This document shows positions 62,208-64,000 of a stretch of DNA of 64,000 nt, piece by piece (within the stretch, counting starts at the first letter, position 1; the number at the start of each line of letters is the position of its first letter). Source of the stretch: a virus. Its lineage: Duplodnaviria > Caudoviricetes. Made by a program: the position numbers and the translations under genes. The stretch covers positions 96,001 through 160,000 of the IMG/VR virus record IMGVR_UViG_3300028624_000004; one strand, 5' to 3'. The notes under the pieces were generated by a model. The model did not search any database. It had not been told where the DNA came from and saw nothing but the letters and a program-made list of their open reading frames with translations.

Positions 62208-63251
62208 TTTCAACTCCTTTGATCCATGTCTCAAGATTCTTCTTCATGCGCTTCATGCTCTTCTTATCCGATGCGTCCCAATCATCACTGGCGATTGCCT
62301 CCTTGAGCATCTTGATAGTCTCATGCGTGACATTGTAGAAGTAGTTGCGGTAATCCTTATCAATCTTCCCGAAGATCGTCTTGTCCTCCATGACGAGAGC
62401 CACATTGAGAAAGCCTGGAGTGTTATACTCGTTATCCGTGTGCTTCAACTCCTTCTTCAGCGTATTTGCCATATTGGACAGAAGCTCTGAGCGGAAGTCA
62501 GCAGCGTTGTCAGAATCGCACCAGTGACTAAGACCCATGTATCCCATGATTTACTCCTTTTTCTCGTTTATACGATAATACCACCAAACAGACAAAATGC
62601 AAGTGGCAATAACGCCGATGACAGCAGGCACGGCAATCCACGTAGATACCCAAACCCCATTCATAATGGCAACAAACGCTTCCTTACCAATATAATCACG
62701 GACTAAGCTCTGAGAGCATGCGAATGCAGAAACACCAAGCCAAAATCCAAGATTGAAGTCCTTGTTACGGCGATTTACCTTATCGTAGATTGCACCTATG
62801 ACAAACAGAATGACAAGAAGATAAAAAGCAAACATATTTACTCCTTAAATCCAAATGTATATTCAGTGCAGACAGGACCGCAGCACATACCATGCTCAAC
62901 GATGCTGTCAAGTTCAATGTCGAACTTCTTGCAGAAGTTCTTGAGCTTGCGTTCGGTGATGGTATCACATAGGTCATTGCCAATGCTCTTGTCAAGTGCC
63001 TTGTCCATCTCGTCGGTGAAGTTGAAGCGATTGACCATACCATCAGTTACGACGAATGCAACATGCTTGCAATGGGTGTCGGGGTCGGTTCCAATCTTTT
63101 GATCGCAGAAAGGACAGACGATATGCTCGAAATCGTCTTCGGGGATGCTGGAGTTTCCGTGATGGGCGCACATAGTATTTGTTTCCTTACCTTTATGGTA
63201 GCAGCTTTTGAGCGCCTCGCAAGCGACAATACAAGATGCTTGGGGAGTGTA

Positions 63252-63782
63252 TCACACAACTCCGTCGTTCTTGTCATTGACTACTTCAAGATTATGCTTG
63301 ACAACATAATCACGATACTCGGACCACCACTCGGGTTGCTTAATTTTCCATTTTGCGAAACGATATTTAGATCCGGCGTAAAATAATTTATAGGAATGTA
63401 CTGGATCGTCGGTCATAAATTGAGGAAACATAGCAAGTTTAAATTTCGTCAATGGTTTATTTGGAAATATATCTATATATTTTTTTGAATGGTTTACTAT
63501 ATTCATACTTTTATGCGGCTTACCTTGTCTAATAATATTTTCTTGTCCCAACTGATCGCACATATCCATAAGCCACTTGACATTTTCTCTACTTTCCATA
63601 AGCCACAGATTACAGGGGTGCTTAGGGTTAAATTTCTTGTAAAGAATATCATCATCATCAACCCCTAAGTGACGAATACATGTTGAAAGCATCTGTGCTG
63701 ATTCCAAAATCATTTTTAAATGTTTGTCACAATGAAACTTAGCAGATTTTACTGGATTGTGGTCAAGAACGAAGATATTCAA
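63252..63782 (-). CDS. Pyrimidine-dimer DNA glycosylase-like (DenV superfamily) protein
   Basis: NIFVLD..P..SA..HCDKH.KMILESAQMLST, HPC..W, AM, Y..FY...K..FAKW. Confidence 0.8.
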   Translation of the reverse strand: MNIFVLDHNPVKSAKFHCDKHLKMILESAQMLSTCIRHLGVDDDDILYKKFNPKHPCNLWLMESRENVKWLMDMCDQLGQENIIRQGKPHKSMNIVNHSKKYIDIFPNKPLTKFKLAMFPQFMTDDPVHSYKLFYAGSKYRFAKWKIKQPEWWSEYRDYVVKHNLEVVNDKNDGVV

Positions 63783-64000
63783 TGTTTATACCTTTCAAGT
63801 TTTTCTTTGGCTCTTTCATCTATTGTTATTTTGCCACTTTTGATAAGAAAGTCAATGGTTTCTTTTTTAAGGTAAGGTATGTCGCGTTCTGTAAAAACCT
63901 TAAAGTTTTGAAATGCTTTATTAGCAGATTCTAACTTTAATTTGTTGTTATTATAGCTTAATAATGAATATGGCTTTATTTCGACAACAGTTTCAGTCTC
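63779..64000 (-). CDS. 3' end of TnsA-like PD-(D/E)xK endonuclease (5'-partial)
   Basis: Open frame from window end: VVEIKP...K...A...FKVFTERDI...YKH*. Confidence 0.6.
   Translation of the reverse strand, partial: ETETVVEIKPYSLLSYNNNKLKLESANKAFQNFKVFTERDIPYLKKETIDFLIKSGKITIDERAKEKLERYKH

Overview
This window is a 64-kb segment of a large T4-like (jumbo myovirus-type) dsDNA phage. The assignment rests on many gp55-type late promoters (TATAAATA), sigma70-like early promoters, dense small ORFs and free-standing homing endonucleases. 1-8.5 kb: collagen-like (Gly-X-Thr) tail-fibre/spike module. 8.5-34.5 kb (mostly + strand): metabolic and accessory genes (rmlA, PRTase, deoC, clpP, thyA, DHFR, a degenerate ThyX, LpxH-like and other metallophosphoesterases, an Acb1-like 2H phosphoesterase), a chimeric ligase-intein-prenyltransferase ORF, and a late-gated minus-strand operon ending in a complete two-component system. 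34.5-64 kb (- strand): acidic head-associated proteins, an IS200/IS605 TnpB element, a polyvalent protein, a macrodomain, a SAM-lyase-like protein and an early hypervariable region. That region contains two different restriction-modification modules captured in tandem at one locus, an array of paralogous ~60-70 aa peptides, and a nuclease-helicase-methylase cut into three separately promoted genes at copies of a conserved GTGTGATACAC/promoter/RBS cassette. No tRNA, rRNA, CRISPR array or reverse transcriptase was seen. All family assignments come from motif recognition by eye, not database searches.
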